From: Leucoraja ocellata
Lineage: Eukaryota
NCBI GenBank assembly: GCA_036785375.1
Contig: JAWMAR010000471.1
Location: forward strand, 496,001 to 560,000
DNA length: 64,000 nucleotides
Direction: 5' to 3'
Position 1 is the stretch's first letter, and each line of letters begins with the position of its first letter. Positions 52,404-64,000 of this stretch are shown in pieces. The notes beneath the pieces are model-generated. The model made no database searches. It saw only the letters and a program-made list of their open reading frames with translations, and was not told the origin of the DNA. The position numbers and the translations under genes were made by a program.

Positions 52404-53339
52404 ATGAAGGCCAGGGCAGTTTACTGTTCTGGATGTCAGATGTGGGAGGTCATGGAGTCGGAGTGCCCTCCAGACGTCCACATCTGCGCAAGGTGCGTCG
52501 AGATGGAGCTCCTAAGGGACCGTGTCAGGAACCTGGAACAGCAACTCGATGACCTCTGTCTGCTCAGGGAGAACGAGGAGGTCATAGAAAGGAGTTACAG
52601 GGAGGTGGTCACTCCAAGACCACGGGAGACAGAAAACTGGGTCACAGTTAGGAAGGACAACGGGCAGAGGCAGGGACTGGTGAGTACCCCGGTGGCTGTA
52701 CACCTTAGAAATAAGTACTCATGTTTGAGTAAGGGTGGGGGGGACAGCCTACCTGGGGGCAGCGACAGCGACCGGGTCTCTGGCACAAAGACCGGTCCGG
52801 TTGCTCAGAAGGGTAAGGAAAAGAAGGGGAGGGCAATTGTAATAGGGGACTCTATTGTCAGGGGTTCGGATAGGCGATTCTGTGGACGCAGACAGGAGTC
52901 CCGGATGGTAGTTTGCTTCCCTAGTGCCAGGGTCACGGATGTGTCTGAACGTGTCCAAGAAATCCTGAAATGGGAGGGAGAGGAGCCTGAGGTTGTGGTG
53001 CATATAGGTACCAATGACATAGGTAAAAAAAGAGAAGAGGTCCTGAAAGAAGAATTTAGGGAGTTAGGTAGAGAGTTAAGGAGAAGGACTGGAAAGGTAA
53101 CAATCTCAGGATTACTGCCTGTGCCACGCGACAGTGCGAGTAGGAATGGAGTGAGGTGGAGGATAAATGCGTGGATGAGGGACTGGTGCAGTGGGTATGG
53201 ATTCAAGTTTCTGGATCATTGGGACCTCTTTTGGGGAAGGTGCGACTTGTACAGAAAGGACGGGTTGCACTTGAACTCAAGGGGGACAAATATCCTGGCG
53301 GGGAGATTTGCAAAGGCTACTGCGGAGACTTTAAACTAG
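52404..53339 (+). CDS. CR1 ORF1p (CxxC...CxxC zinc finger, coiled coil, SGNH/GDSL esterase domain), intact
   Basis: MKARAVYCSGCQMW..ICARC; VIGDSIVRG, HIGTND and DGLH motifs. Confidence 0.88.
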   Translation: MKARAVYCSGCQMWEVMESECPPDVHICARCVEMELLRDRVRNLEQQLDDLCLLRENEEVIERSYREVVTPRPRETENWVTVRKDNGQRQGLVSTPVAVHLRNKYSCLSKGGGDSLPGGSDSDRVSGTKTGPVAQKGKEKKGRAIVIGDSIVRGSDRRFCGRRQESRMVVCFPSARVTDVSERVQEILKWEGEEPEVVVHIGTNDIGKKREEVLKEEFRELGRELRRRTGKVTISGLLPVPRDSASRNGVRWRINAWMRDWCSGYGFKFLDHWDLFWGRCDLYRKDGLHLNSRGTNILAGRFAKATAETLN

Positions 53340-53479
53340 TATGATTGGGGGGAGGGACTCAAATTGGGAAAGCTAGCAGTCAGTGTGTGAAGCAGGGGGC
53401 AGAGAATGGTAGCACTCTGACCCAAAATGTAGGGGAGAGAGAAGAAAAAGAAAATAATCAGAGAATAAGAGAGGGTGGG

Positions 53480-56290
53480 TTTCTTAAATGTGTATATTTT
53501 AATGCTAGGAGCATTGTAAGAAAAGTGGATGAACTTAGAACCTGGATTGACACCTGGAAGTATGATGTTGTGGCGATCAGTGAAACATGGTTGCAGGAGG
53601 GCTGTGATTGGAAATTAAATATTCCAGGATTTCGTTGCTTCAGGTGTGATAGAATTTGAGGGGCAAGAGGTGGAGGTGTTGCATTGCTTATCAGGGAAGA
53701 TATTACAGCAGTGCTTTGGCAGGATAGATTAGAGGGCTCGTCTAGGGAGACTATTTGGGTGGAACTGAGAAATTGGAAAGGGGTAGCAACACTTATAGGG
53801 GTGTATTATAGACCGCCAAATGGGGAGCGAGAATTGGAAGAACAAATATGTAAGGAAATTGCAGATATTAGTAGTAAGCACAAGGTAGTGATTGTGGGAG
53901 ATTTCAATTTTCCACACATAGACTGGGAAACACATTCTGTAAATGGGCTGGATGGTTTGGAGTCTGTAAAATGTGAGCAGCATAGTTTTTTGCAACACTA
54001 CATAGAAGTACCTACTAGAGAAGGGGCGGTACTGGACCTCCTGTTAGGAAATGAGATGGGTCAGGTGGCAGAGGTATGCGTTGGGGAACAGTTCGGGTCC
54101 AGTGATCACAATACCATTAGTTTCAATATAAATATGGAGAGGGACAAAACTGGACCTAGGGTTGAGATTTTTGATTGGAGAAAGGCTAACTTTGAGGAGA
54201 TGCGAAAGGATTTAAAAGGAGTAAATTGGGACAGTTTGTTTTATGGGAAAGATGTGGAAGAGAAATGGAGTACATTTAAAGGTGACATTTTAAGAGTACA
54301 GAATCTTTATGTCCCTGTTCGGTAGAAAGGAAATCGTAAAAATTGTAAAGAGCCATGGTTTTCAATGGAAATTGGACACTTGGTTCGGACAAAGAGGGAG
54401 ATCTACAATAATTATAGGCAGCATGGAGTGAATGAGATGCTTGAGGAGTATAAAGAATGTAAAAAGAATCTTAAGAAAGAAATTAGAAAAGCTAAAAGAA
54501 GATATGAGGTTGCTTTGGCATGTAAGGTAAAAGTAAATCCGAAGGGTTTCTACCGCTATATTAAAAGCAAAAGGATAACGAGGGATAAATCTGGTCCATT
54601 AGAGAGTCAGAGTGGACAACTATCTGCAGAGCCAAAAGAGATGGGGGAGATATTGAACAGTTTCTTTTCTTCGGTATTCACCAAGGAGAAGGATATTGAA
54701 TTATGAGAGGTAAGGGAAACAAGTAGAATAGCTATGGAAACGACGAGGATCAAAGAAGAGGAAGTACTGACACTTTTGAGAAATATAAAAGTGGATAAGT
54801 CTCCAGGTCCGGACAGGATATTCCCTAGGACATTGAGGGGAGTTAGTGTAGAAATAGCAGGGGCTATGGCAGAAATATTTCAAATGTCATTAGAAACGGG
54901 AATAGTGCCGGAGGATTAGCGTACTACGCATGTTGTTCCATTGTTTAAACAGGGGTCTAAGTGTAAACCTAGCAATTATAGACCTGTTAGTTTGACGTCA
55001 GTGGTGGGCAAATTAATGGAAAGAATACTTAGAGATAATATATATAAGCATCTGGATAAACAGGGTCTGGTTAGGAACAGTCAACATGGATTTGTGCCTG
55101 GAAGGTCTTGTTTAACTAATCTTCTTGAATTTTTTGAAGATGTTACACGGGAAATTGATGAGGGTAACGCAGTGGATGTTGTGTATATGGACTTCAGTAA
55201 GGCCTTTGACAAGGTTCCTCATGGAAGGTTGGTTAAGAAGGTTCTATGGTTGGGTATTAATGGTGGAGTAGCAAGATGGATTCAACAGTGGCTGAATGGG
55301 AGATGCCAGAGAGTAATGGTGGATGGTTGTTTGTCAGGTTGGAGGCCAGTGACGAGTGGGGTGCTACAGGGATCTGTGTTGGGTCTACTGTTGTTTGTCA
55401 TGTACATCAATGATCTGGATGATGGTGTGGTAAATTGGATTAGTAAGTATGCAGATGATACTAAGATAGGTGGGGTTGCGGGTAATGAAGTAGAGTTTCA
55501 AAGTCTACAGAGAGATTTATGCCAGTTGGAAGAGTGGACTGAAAGATGGCAGATAGAGTTTAATGCTGATAAGTGTGAGGTGCTACATCTTGGCAGGACA
55601 AATCAAAATAGGACGTACATGGTAAATGGTAGGGAATTGAAGAATGTAGGTGAACAGAGGGATCTGGGAATAACTGTGCACAGTTCCCTGAAAGTGGAAT
55701 CTCATGTAGATAGGGTGGTAAAAAAAGCTTTTGCTGTGCTGGCCTTTATAAATCAGAGCATTGAGTATAGAAGTTGGGATGTAATGTTAAAATTGTACAA
55801 GGCATTGGTGAGGCCAATTCTGGAATATGGTGTACAATTTTGGTCGCCTAATTATAGGAAGGATGTCAACAAAATAGAGAGAGTACAGAGGAGATTTCCT
55901 AGAATGTTGCCTGGGTTTCAGCAACTAAGTTACAGAGAAAGGTTGAACAAGTTAGGGCTTTATTCTTTGGAGCGCGGAAGGTTAAGGGGGGACTTGATAC
56001 AGGTTTTTAAAATGATGAGAGGGATAGACAGAGTTGACGTGGAAAAGCTTTTCCCACTGAGAGTAGGGAAGATTCAAACAAGGCGACATGACATGAGAAT
56101 TAAGGGACTGAAGTTTATGGGTAACATGAGGGGGAACTTCTTTACTCAGAGAGTGGTAGCTGTGTGGAATGAGCTTCCAGTGAAGGTGGTGGAGGCAGGT
56201 TCGTTTTTATCATTTAAAAATAAATTGGATAGTTATATGGCTGGGAAGGGAATGGAGGGTTATGGTCTGAGCGCAGGTATATGGGACTAG
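53480..56290 (+). pseudogene. CR1 ORF2 (APE endonuclease + reverse transcriptase) with four in-frame nonsense codons and no frameshift
   Basis: YFNARS, ISETW, VGDFN, SDHN (APE); DFSKAFD, QGSVLG, YADD (RT). ORF pieces 53345, 53684, 54365, 54734 and 54941 are all in one frame. Confidence 0.9.
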
Positions 56291-58419
56291 GGGAGATTAT
56301 GTGTTCGGCACGGACTAGAAGGGTCGAGATGGCCTGTTTCCGTGCTGTAATTGTTTTATGGTTATATGGTGTTATATGGTTACTTGCTGCTCGGTGCGGA
56401 CGTGATGGAGCGAAGGGACAGTTTTCACTCTGTAAACTAAATTTAAGAAAACTCAAGCAATGTATTATAGTTCACTTTATAATTCGCTCTCTTCAGAAAC
56501 GGCTCGAATTAGATTGTTTCCCTTTCAAAGTCAGTATCGTGTAACTGAAATGTAACTAGCAGATGGATGAGTTGTCACCGGAAGTAAAGATAATGATATG
56601 TTTCTGTCTTCCTCTTCACACTTCTTTATTCTTCCAAGTACTTTTTAGATATAGGGAACAACCGATGAAAAACTATAGCAGACAGAAATATATGCGGGAT
56701 TGATTCGAGTTGATCGGAGAGCACCTTGGTTCGCATTGAATAATTAAAATTATTGAAACAGAATCTCTTGCTTGTTTCATATTGCTCGTGCTGACTGTGG
56801 TCCAACAACGAAGACATATTCACCTGGTTAACTTGGCCAACACATTCCTAAGTATTCATAAATTGAGTGTTAATAATAAATAGATCTTGGACTAAATCGA
56901 CTAAACCTGTTTTTTTATTCCTGTATTGAAAGAAGTTGCGCAACTTCTGGGGGCAGATACATCCACGGTAACCCGTCATTGTCAATGTGTATCTGCAACA
57001 ACTGAGGTGCAGCTGTAGAAACGCTGCCGAATATGACAGTGCCCCAATGCGTTACTTCATCGAACCTGCTTTTTAACATTACGACCGAACTCTCTCTTCA
57101 GTACATGAATGTATGTGTATTGCTAATATTATGCCAATCTCCGCTCAGTCACCATTCAAATACACCTTAGTGGTTGCACCTGACGAATTCCGTTTTGTAG
57201 AAAAAATAAATAGCCTTGAACATTAAACTTATTTTTCCCCTTACAACTGCTGCCTTGCCGCTGGAGATTTATTTTACTTTCTGTGCAATTGTACATGTTC
57301 AGTATCTGCGGTAGTTTGTATTTTATTAAACTACACCCTATTGATGCTGGTCCTAATTCGGCGCATGTTCTGCTGTATAAGCCAAACATGCCGGGTACAG
57401 CCATTGCCTGAAATGAAATACTTCGTTGAACAGCAGGCACAATCACGTTCACAATCACCGCACCTCTTCGGACTTCATGTTAGCCATTGCGAAATTAATA
57501 TCAAACTTCCTAAACCTGGTCCAGGCTCTGTCTGTTTTGGAACTTATAACATAGAACATACAGCAAAAGATCGTTCAGTTTAGTTTATTACCTCGTGTAC
57601 CGAGGTACATTGGAAAGCTTTTTTTGAGCTATCCAGTCAGCAGAAAGACAACACATGATTGTAATCGAGCCATTCACATTATTAAATATACATGATAATG
57701 GAACAAGGTTTAATACAAGGTGAAGCCAGCATAGCCCTATCAAACATGGTGCTCGGGTCAGCATTTAGATGGATCAGTTGAAGAACAGATTTTTAGTTCA
57801 CAATGTTCCTGTCAACCCGATACCAAGACCAGCTCCGATCTATTTGCGCTTAATCAACATCCTTCCATTCCCTGCAGAATCATATCTCCATCCAAAACTA
57901 TTTTACATTCTACTATCGTATCCGCCTTAACCAGCAGCGCGTTATAAACACTCGACACACTTTTTGTAAAACGTTGCGCCGTACATTTTCTTTAAATGTT
58001 GCCCTTCTTAGCATAAAGCTGTGCCCTCTTCGATACATTTTTTTCCATTCTGGGGAAATCAAAATTCTGACAATCTACCGGGTCTCATAAGTTTACATAA
58101 CTCAACCAGTTGTCCCCGCAATCTCCGACGTTCCAGAGGGATAACAATCCAAATCTGACCAATCTCTCCCTGTATCTAATACCCGCTAATCCAGCCACCA
58201 TGCGCAACTGAGCAACTGCGGCTGTAAAACACGCTGTTCTTATTAAGTTTCTCCATCTTGCTGAATTGGCAAAGTCATTCACTAATGGCCTTGATGCCGG
58301 TCACCAGTTTGTGCAGAGTTGTAGTTTAGTTAATTTACATTAGGTTGGTGGAGTTAAAGTAACCTAAACAAATACAATTACAAAAACAATACTAACCAAA
58401 AAAACACAAATGAATGACC

Positions 58420-59040
58420 AGGTACACTACACCCACTGGCTCTCCCTTGTCCATTTTCCTACTACCATCCTTAAACAAAATCCAGAAGATTAGTCAAGTA
58501 TGATATCCCCTTCGTAAATCCATGCTGACTCGGACCGATCCTGTCACTGCTATCCAAATGTGCCGCTATTTCGTCTTTTTATAATTGATTCCAGCATCTT
58601 CCCCACCGCCGATGTCAGGCTAACTGGTCTATAATTCCCTGTTTTCTCTCTCCCGCCTTTCTTAAAAAGTGCGATAACATTTGCTACCCTCCAATCCACA
58701 GGAACTGATCCTGAATCTATGGAACATTATAAAATTATCACCAATGCAACCACGAATTCTAGAGCCATTTCCTTAAGTACTCTGGGATGCAGACTATCAG
58801 GCCTTGGGGCTTTATTAGGCTTCAGTCCCATCAGTCTACCCAACACCATTTCATGCCTAATGTAGATGTATTTCAGTTCCTTCGTCACCCATATCCTCTG
58901 GCCACTACTGCATCAGGAACTGTGTCTGTGTCCTCCTTAGTGAAGACGGATCCAAAGTACCTGTTCAACTCATCTGCCATTTCATTGTACCCCATAATAA
59001 ATTCATCTTTTTCAGTCTTCAAGGGTCCAGTCTTCAAGGA
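58420..59040 (-). mobile_element. CR1 ORF2 fragment
   Basis: GPLKTE..MADELNRYFGSVFT; homologous to other CR1 pieces. Confidence 0.8.
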
Positions 59041-61092
59041 TGTAGTTGAGGCAGGTACTGTCGCAACGTTTAAGAAATAATGCGACAAGTACATGGATTA
59101 GATATGTTCAGAGGAATATGGGCCACTCGTAGGCAGGTGGGGTGTGCAGATGGGGTTCATTGGTCATCGTGGGCAGGTTGTGCCGGAGGACTATTTTTCA
59201 CGATGTATGACACTAGAACTCTATGCCAAGATCGAAGAACAACAAGTCACTTTCCGCTTGTGCAAGGCACACGTTTCTGGAGTTAACATCCGAGTCTTCA
59301 ACGTTACCAAATCTATCTTTCTGCTAATTTGGAAGAACATTCGGCATATCGACGTCTGTTTTGATTATATTGTCTCTCGTGGTAACGTCCACAACGTGAA
59401 ATGTCAATTCACCACATCGTTCGTTTCAGAGAATTGAAATATCCTGACCTATACAGTCTCTCTCGGAATTGAACGTCTCCAGTCCTGCAAAAACGTTGTC
59501 GTTAATACGCTGCCACTCCCCAGATTAATGGTATCAATGCGAACATATTGCGATCTGGAGAACATCGCACGTGCGGTCTCGCCAACGTCCTAGACCAGAT
59601 TGTTAAACTCCACTTATACACAACTGCGTGCGATTCCAGCAGTGAAATAAGCCCACACATCAAGCTGGCTGAGGAGGAAAAAATCCTACCATCCACATTC
59701 AAATTGACTCGCATTGGTTGGAAGCAAATTGTTCATGAACAAGATGGAGAAAAGGCCCTGTTTCTGTGCTGTGTAACATGCAACTACCACTTACAGTGAG
59801 AGTTGGTTCAATATACCTGCCCCCCACCCCCTCCTGAGGGAGAGTATGCGCTGCGTCCCTTTAAATATTTACCGTCTTATTTTATACTCCTGTCCTCTTT
59901 TAGAGACCGACGTCCGAGGAACACATTAAAATATTTCAACTGATCACCTTGTCATATTTTAATTCTGCATAACTCCTCATGGTTTTATTCGTTGCTGAGA
60001 GATTCAGTTTCTGCATTCTGCAGTCCATCTCATAATTCACACTGTCCAATAATAGTATCATTCGTGGGAGGAGAGTTGCATACTCGCTCGTTTAAATGGA
60101 TCCTTAATAAATTATTTCGAAAAATAATATCCCTCCTCCTCTGGTGTACTGCTCTGTGAAGTTTTTGTCTCTGAATTGCTTACGTCGAGTGCAGAAAACA
60201 TGACATTTGTTTCTTTGGTCAAGACTTTCTTCAGGATGATCTATCCCCAAACATTTACAGCCGGTGAGACTCTCCTTAACCGATTCAATCATCTTGTACA
60301 TCAACATTCTTGATATCTCCAACGGATCATTGAATTGGGAAGTTCTCGCCCTAATATCTGGAATAACATCAAATGCTGTTCACCTCTGTGTTTTATGAAT
60401 TAACACATTTCTTTAAAGATGATCTGTTGATCAAGAATATGTCTAGCCGTTGTATATTTCCAGCCAGTTATCACATTACACATTATATTCGCTTATTCTT
60501 TACTTCATGTAGTGGCAACAGTTGAAATACATTAATGCTGCTGTTGTAGCTGAATTGTATACGATGTCGTCTAGAAGGTTCCCTGTGGTTTACATCATTT
60601 AGACCCTGCCAAAAAACGATTATCTTTCCGTTTGAAAGGCAGCTACACGGATAATGCAAGATGAAATTATTAATGGGTGCATATTAAATGATGGGAACGG
60701 TGTCTGGAAAATGCATTGCAAATTCTACAAGTAATATACTGTATTACATCGTAGCTTGTGTGCATAAATGATACATGACACGAATTTTGCTGCATCTGTG
60801 TGCCACGCGTTAAAAGTTAAAAATAGAATGTTCACTCGTATTTTACAGTTCCTTAGTTCTGTTGGTGCTCAGCTGGTGCCTGAGTAGTGAGCGGTCGCAT
60901 AATGAGTTTGATCGCTTTGCATCACCTGGGAGCAAACTATTTGTTCAACGGTCCACAATAAATGTCCGCGGGGAGGTGAACGCACGCAGTCCTTAAGTTT
61001 TTTTCTAAGAATATAAATATAGCGCTGTTTGACTTCTCACTTTGACTCCTATAAGTTTTGCACTGCATAACTGCGGACGGCTTGAAGGAAAA

Positions 61093-61162
61093 ATGAGTTG
61101 GAAGCGGCACTTGGAAGTGGAATATTATTATTATCCAATTCTGGCAGCAATCGGAGTACCCG
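61093..61162 (+). CDS. GPCR copy 4, coding exon 1 (MSWKRHLEVEYYYYPILAAIGVP)
   Basis: Homologous exon 1 with donor G|gtaggt at 61163. Confidence 0.9.
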
Positions 61163-62548
61163 GTAGGTCAAGGGAACGCAGTACGTGGGACTGAGATGTG
61201 GGGTGATGTGTTGATAAAGACAATGTCAAAGGTAAAGTGTAAATAGTGTGCGAAACACGGGAATGCTAGACTGCAATCTTCAGGTTAGGGCGGTATTAAC
61301 TAGAAAATGTTTGTTTAAGAAATTACTGCAGTTGCTGGAGAAATCGAAGCTAGACAAAAATGCTGGAGAATTAGACAGCGGGTGAAGCGGCATCTAGGAA
61401 GCGAAAGAATAGGTGACGTTTCGGGTCGAGACTGATCAGTCTGAAGAAGGGTCTCGACCCGAAACGTCACCTATTCCTTTGTTAAGCTACTTGATCGTTG
61501 GCCGTTTATTGGATCTGGCACAGGTTAATTCTCTTCAGGTTTAGGTGCATTGTTGTCATGTATTTCCGGGAGCTGCAAAAAGCTATGGTTTGCAAGAAAT
61601 CAAAATTAGATCAAATAATATTAAATAACAGTACAAACAATTCAATCTCAGTAACAGGTAGTGTAAAAGGGGAAATCGGAGTGCAGAGCGTAGTTCAAGT
61701 TTGGGAGCGCACTGCAGCGTATCACATCCACAAAGCCCAATGTCCGCAAGGGGATATAGGTGAAACGGCAATGCCCTGGCATATGGAAGAGCGGCTCAGA
61801 AGCCTGACAACAGAGGGGAAAGAGCTGTTCTGGAGTCTGGTGGAGGGAGCTTTAAGCCTTCTCCATTTTCTGCCCGACGAGAGCAGGAAGTAGAAGGAAT
61901 GAGCAGGGTGAAACATGTCTCCGTTTCCAATGGATTGTGAAGTGCGAACGCAGTCAACAGTGCGGAGTCCATTTCGTGATATGGACCCGGCGTCTTCCAG
62001 AACCCTGTGCAGTTTATTCTTTATGGGGCATAGATGGACCCACAACAAGCTTTGTGCGGCACCGTTGTTGAGAATTATTGTGGAAGGGTGTTACCACTAA
62101 TTCTCTCGGTTTATTCTTTAGGAAGTTGAGTATCCATTCGCAAGCTGGTGCACTGATCGCTGGGCTCTGGAGTTTATCAATGGGTTTGGATGGGAGTAGT
62201 GTTGAAGGCAAGTTCTCCAGCGGAGAAATGGGAATCCGACTTTCGACTCCTTGTTGGCCGGCTGGTCCCGGGAAGGGTTTAGGTCCAGGACGATGGCGTC
62301 TGATGCGGACATGCTGCTGCAATATGCAGTCTGCGGTGCATCACGGGTGGCTGGGAGACAGCTCACGCTACCTGCGTAGACCGCTGCTAACTAATCCGCA
62401 CAGCTCCTTGGCAAGCACCCAGGTTTGCATGTGGGCAGTTGTTTTCGAACAAATAAGCAAAGCGTAACCCAAGATTGACCCCCGCCTCCAAATTTGCATC
62501 ACGTGTCCCTTACATGTAACTACAGTTTCCTCTTTTCTACACCCGCAG

Positions 62549-63462
62549 TGAACTTGCTGGCAATTGTGATCCTGGCCCGCAGAAATTGTGGTCTCTCCAA
62601 ATGCACCACTCGGTACCTGGTGGCCATGGCGACGGCGGACCTCTCTGTGATTGTCTGCGAAGTGATATTAAATCGGATTGCCGACCTTTACTGGATGAAA
62701 ACATTCCTCTTCCACAATACTGTGTGCAGGTCCATTATGTTCCTCGCTCCCGCGGCCGTTGCCTGTTCTGTGTGGCTCACGGTTGCTTTCACATTTGATC
62801 GCTTTGTGGCCATTTCCACTCAGACTCTGAGAACCAGATACTGCACTGAGAGAACCGCGCTGGTGGTTATAGTGACCATAACTGCGTTCTTCTGTTTACA
62901 GAACGTCCCCTGGCCTTTTGCGTACAATTATTATTTCAGGGATCTGCAGGGTATACAGTGGGGCTGCCTAATACGATATCAGTTTTATAGCCTATCCTCG
63001 TGGATAGCATTTTCCTGGACTCAACAGCTGCTAGTCCCAGTCATTCCATTTTGTTTAATTATGCTGATGAACGTGCTCACAGTCAGGCGCATTTTAGTGG
63101 CCAGTCGTGTCCGCAGAAAACTCCGCGATCTCAGTAATGAGGACCCCGAGATCGCAAACCGCAGACGGTCCGTAATTTTACTCCTTGCAATCTCCAGCAG
63201 TTTTATGGTGCTATGGGGCACAAATGTAGCATATTTCGTTTTCTATCGAATTACGAATGCATTTTGGGTCAGGGGGTTGAGGAACCAATTTGCAACATTT
63301 GAACAAACTGGAATTCTGCTACAACTGTTGAACACCTGCACAAACACGCTCATTTACACCGTGACTCAGAGGAGGTTCCGAGAGCATCTGCTCCAGGTAC
63401 TCATGTACCCCTTCACCCTAACTGTAAGTTTAATAAAATCGAGAACACCTGGTGTAAAATAA
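62549..63462 (+). CDS. GPCR copy 4, exon 2, GPR139/GPR142-like 7TM receptor, intact
   Basis: Acceptor cccgcag at 62548; open frame to TAA at 63462. Confidence 0.92.
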
Positions 63463-64000
63463 CATTACATTACTAATCCCACCGTGAGACAGTGCAAAAA
63501 CTAGGTAATGGAGGAGTTTTGGCTTAAAACTTTCCGCATCAATTTTCAAAAACATAGCTGAGAAATACAATCTGAACGCGTCCCCTGCACTGGAATGCAC
63601 ATTTGGCCATCAATTTAATATGCGACACGGGCACGTTGTTCAAAGTGCCCAGTGGGGAGGGCGGCCATGTGGAACCGAGTTATATGTTGTACTGGAGCAG
63701 ATCTCCAATGATTCCGGAATTGAGCCTCGCCGTTAACTGTCTCCACTTTCCTTTGAATCCAGCGGCAACGTCTCCAGCACGTAATGAAAACAGACATAGA
63801 GTTATGGTCCTAAACATTGCATGCTCCATTAATCTACAATTCTTTGAGACGTTCCATGGTTACGTATGTAAATGCCCAGTGCACCAATGTGTTTAATAAA
63901 ATTCTTGTTGCAACATTTACATTAATGAGAGTTCCATTCTATTTTTGCTTCTCGAACTGAATGTAATGCCTTGTTGCTTCTTACAGAGGCTTTCTGTTGC

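Larger units (their letters stand above)
51708..56380 (+). mobile_element. Near-full-length CR1-clade LINE (5' monomer array, ORF1, ORF2, (gttatatg)n tail) inserted in a SINE
   Basis: ORF1 zinc finger plus SGNH esterase; ORF2 APE + RT; 3' octamer repeat. TACTT flanks both ends (51703-51707, 56381-56385), and SINE-like sequence continues on both sides. Confidence 0.92.

Overview
This is vertebrate genomic DNA, most likely from a cartilaginous fish (skate/ray-like). That assignment is inferred from the CR1 LINE/SINE landscape and the receptor families. The window is a tandem segmental array. Four paralogous two-exon class A GPCR genes of the GPR139/GPR142-like type expanded in chondrichthyans lie on the + strand; three are intact at 327 aa and one has a +1 frameshift. 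Their 70-nt first coding exons are not in the ORF track and were found by hand. Between them, on the - strand, are two apparently functional T-cell receptor alpha/delta-type V segments, each with a leader exon, V exon and heptamer/22-bp spacer/nonamer RSS. One GPCR plus one V segment form an ~18.2 kb co-duplicated cassette. In both gene types the differences between copies concentrate on the ligand-binding surfaces (GPCR extracellular loops, V CDR1/CDR2). The remainder is mostly retroelement debris: many CR1 fragments, one near-full-length young CR1 with a 79-bp monomer array at its 5' end, an L1/Tx1-like 3' fragment with a 16-bp TSD, Rex/Babar-like fragments, and Penelope-type hairpins carrying a hammerhead-ribozyme-like core. 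Repeat boundaries are approximate; exon and RSS boundaries were counted on the sequence.
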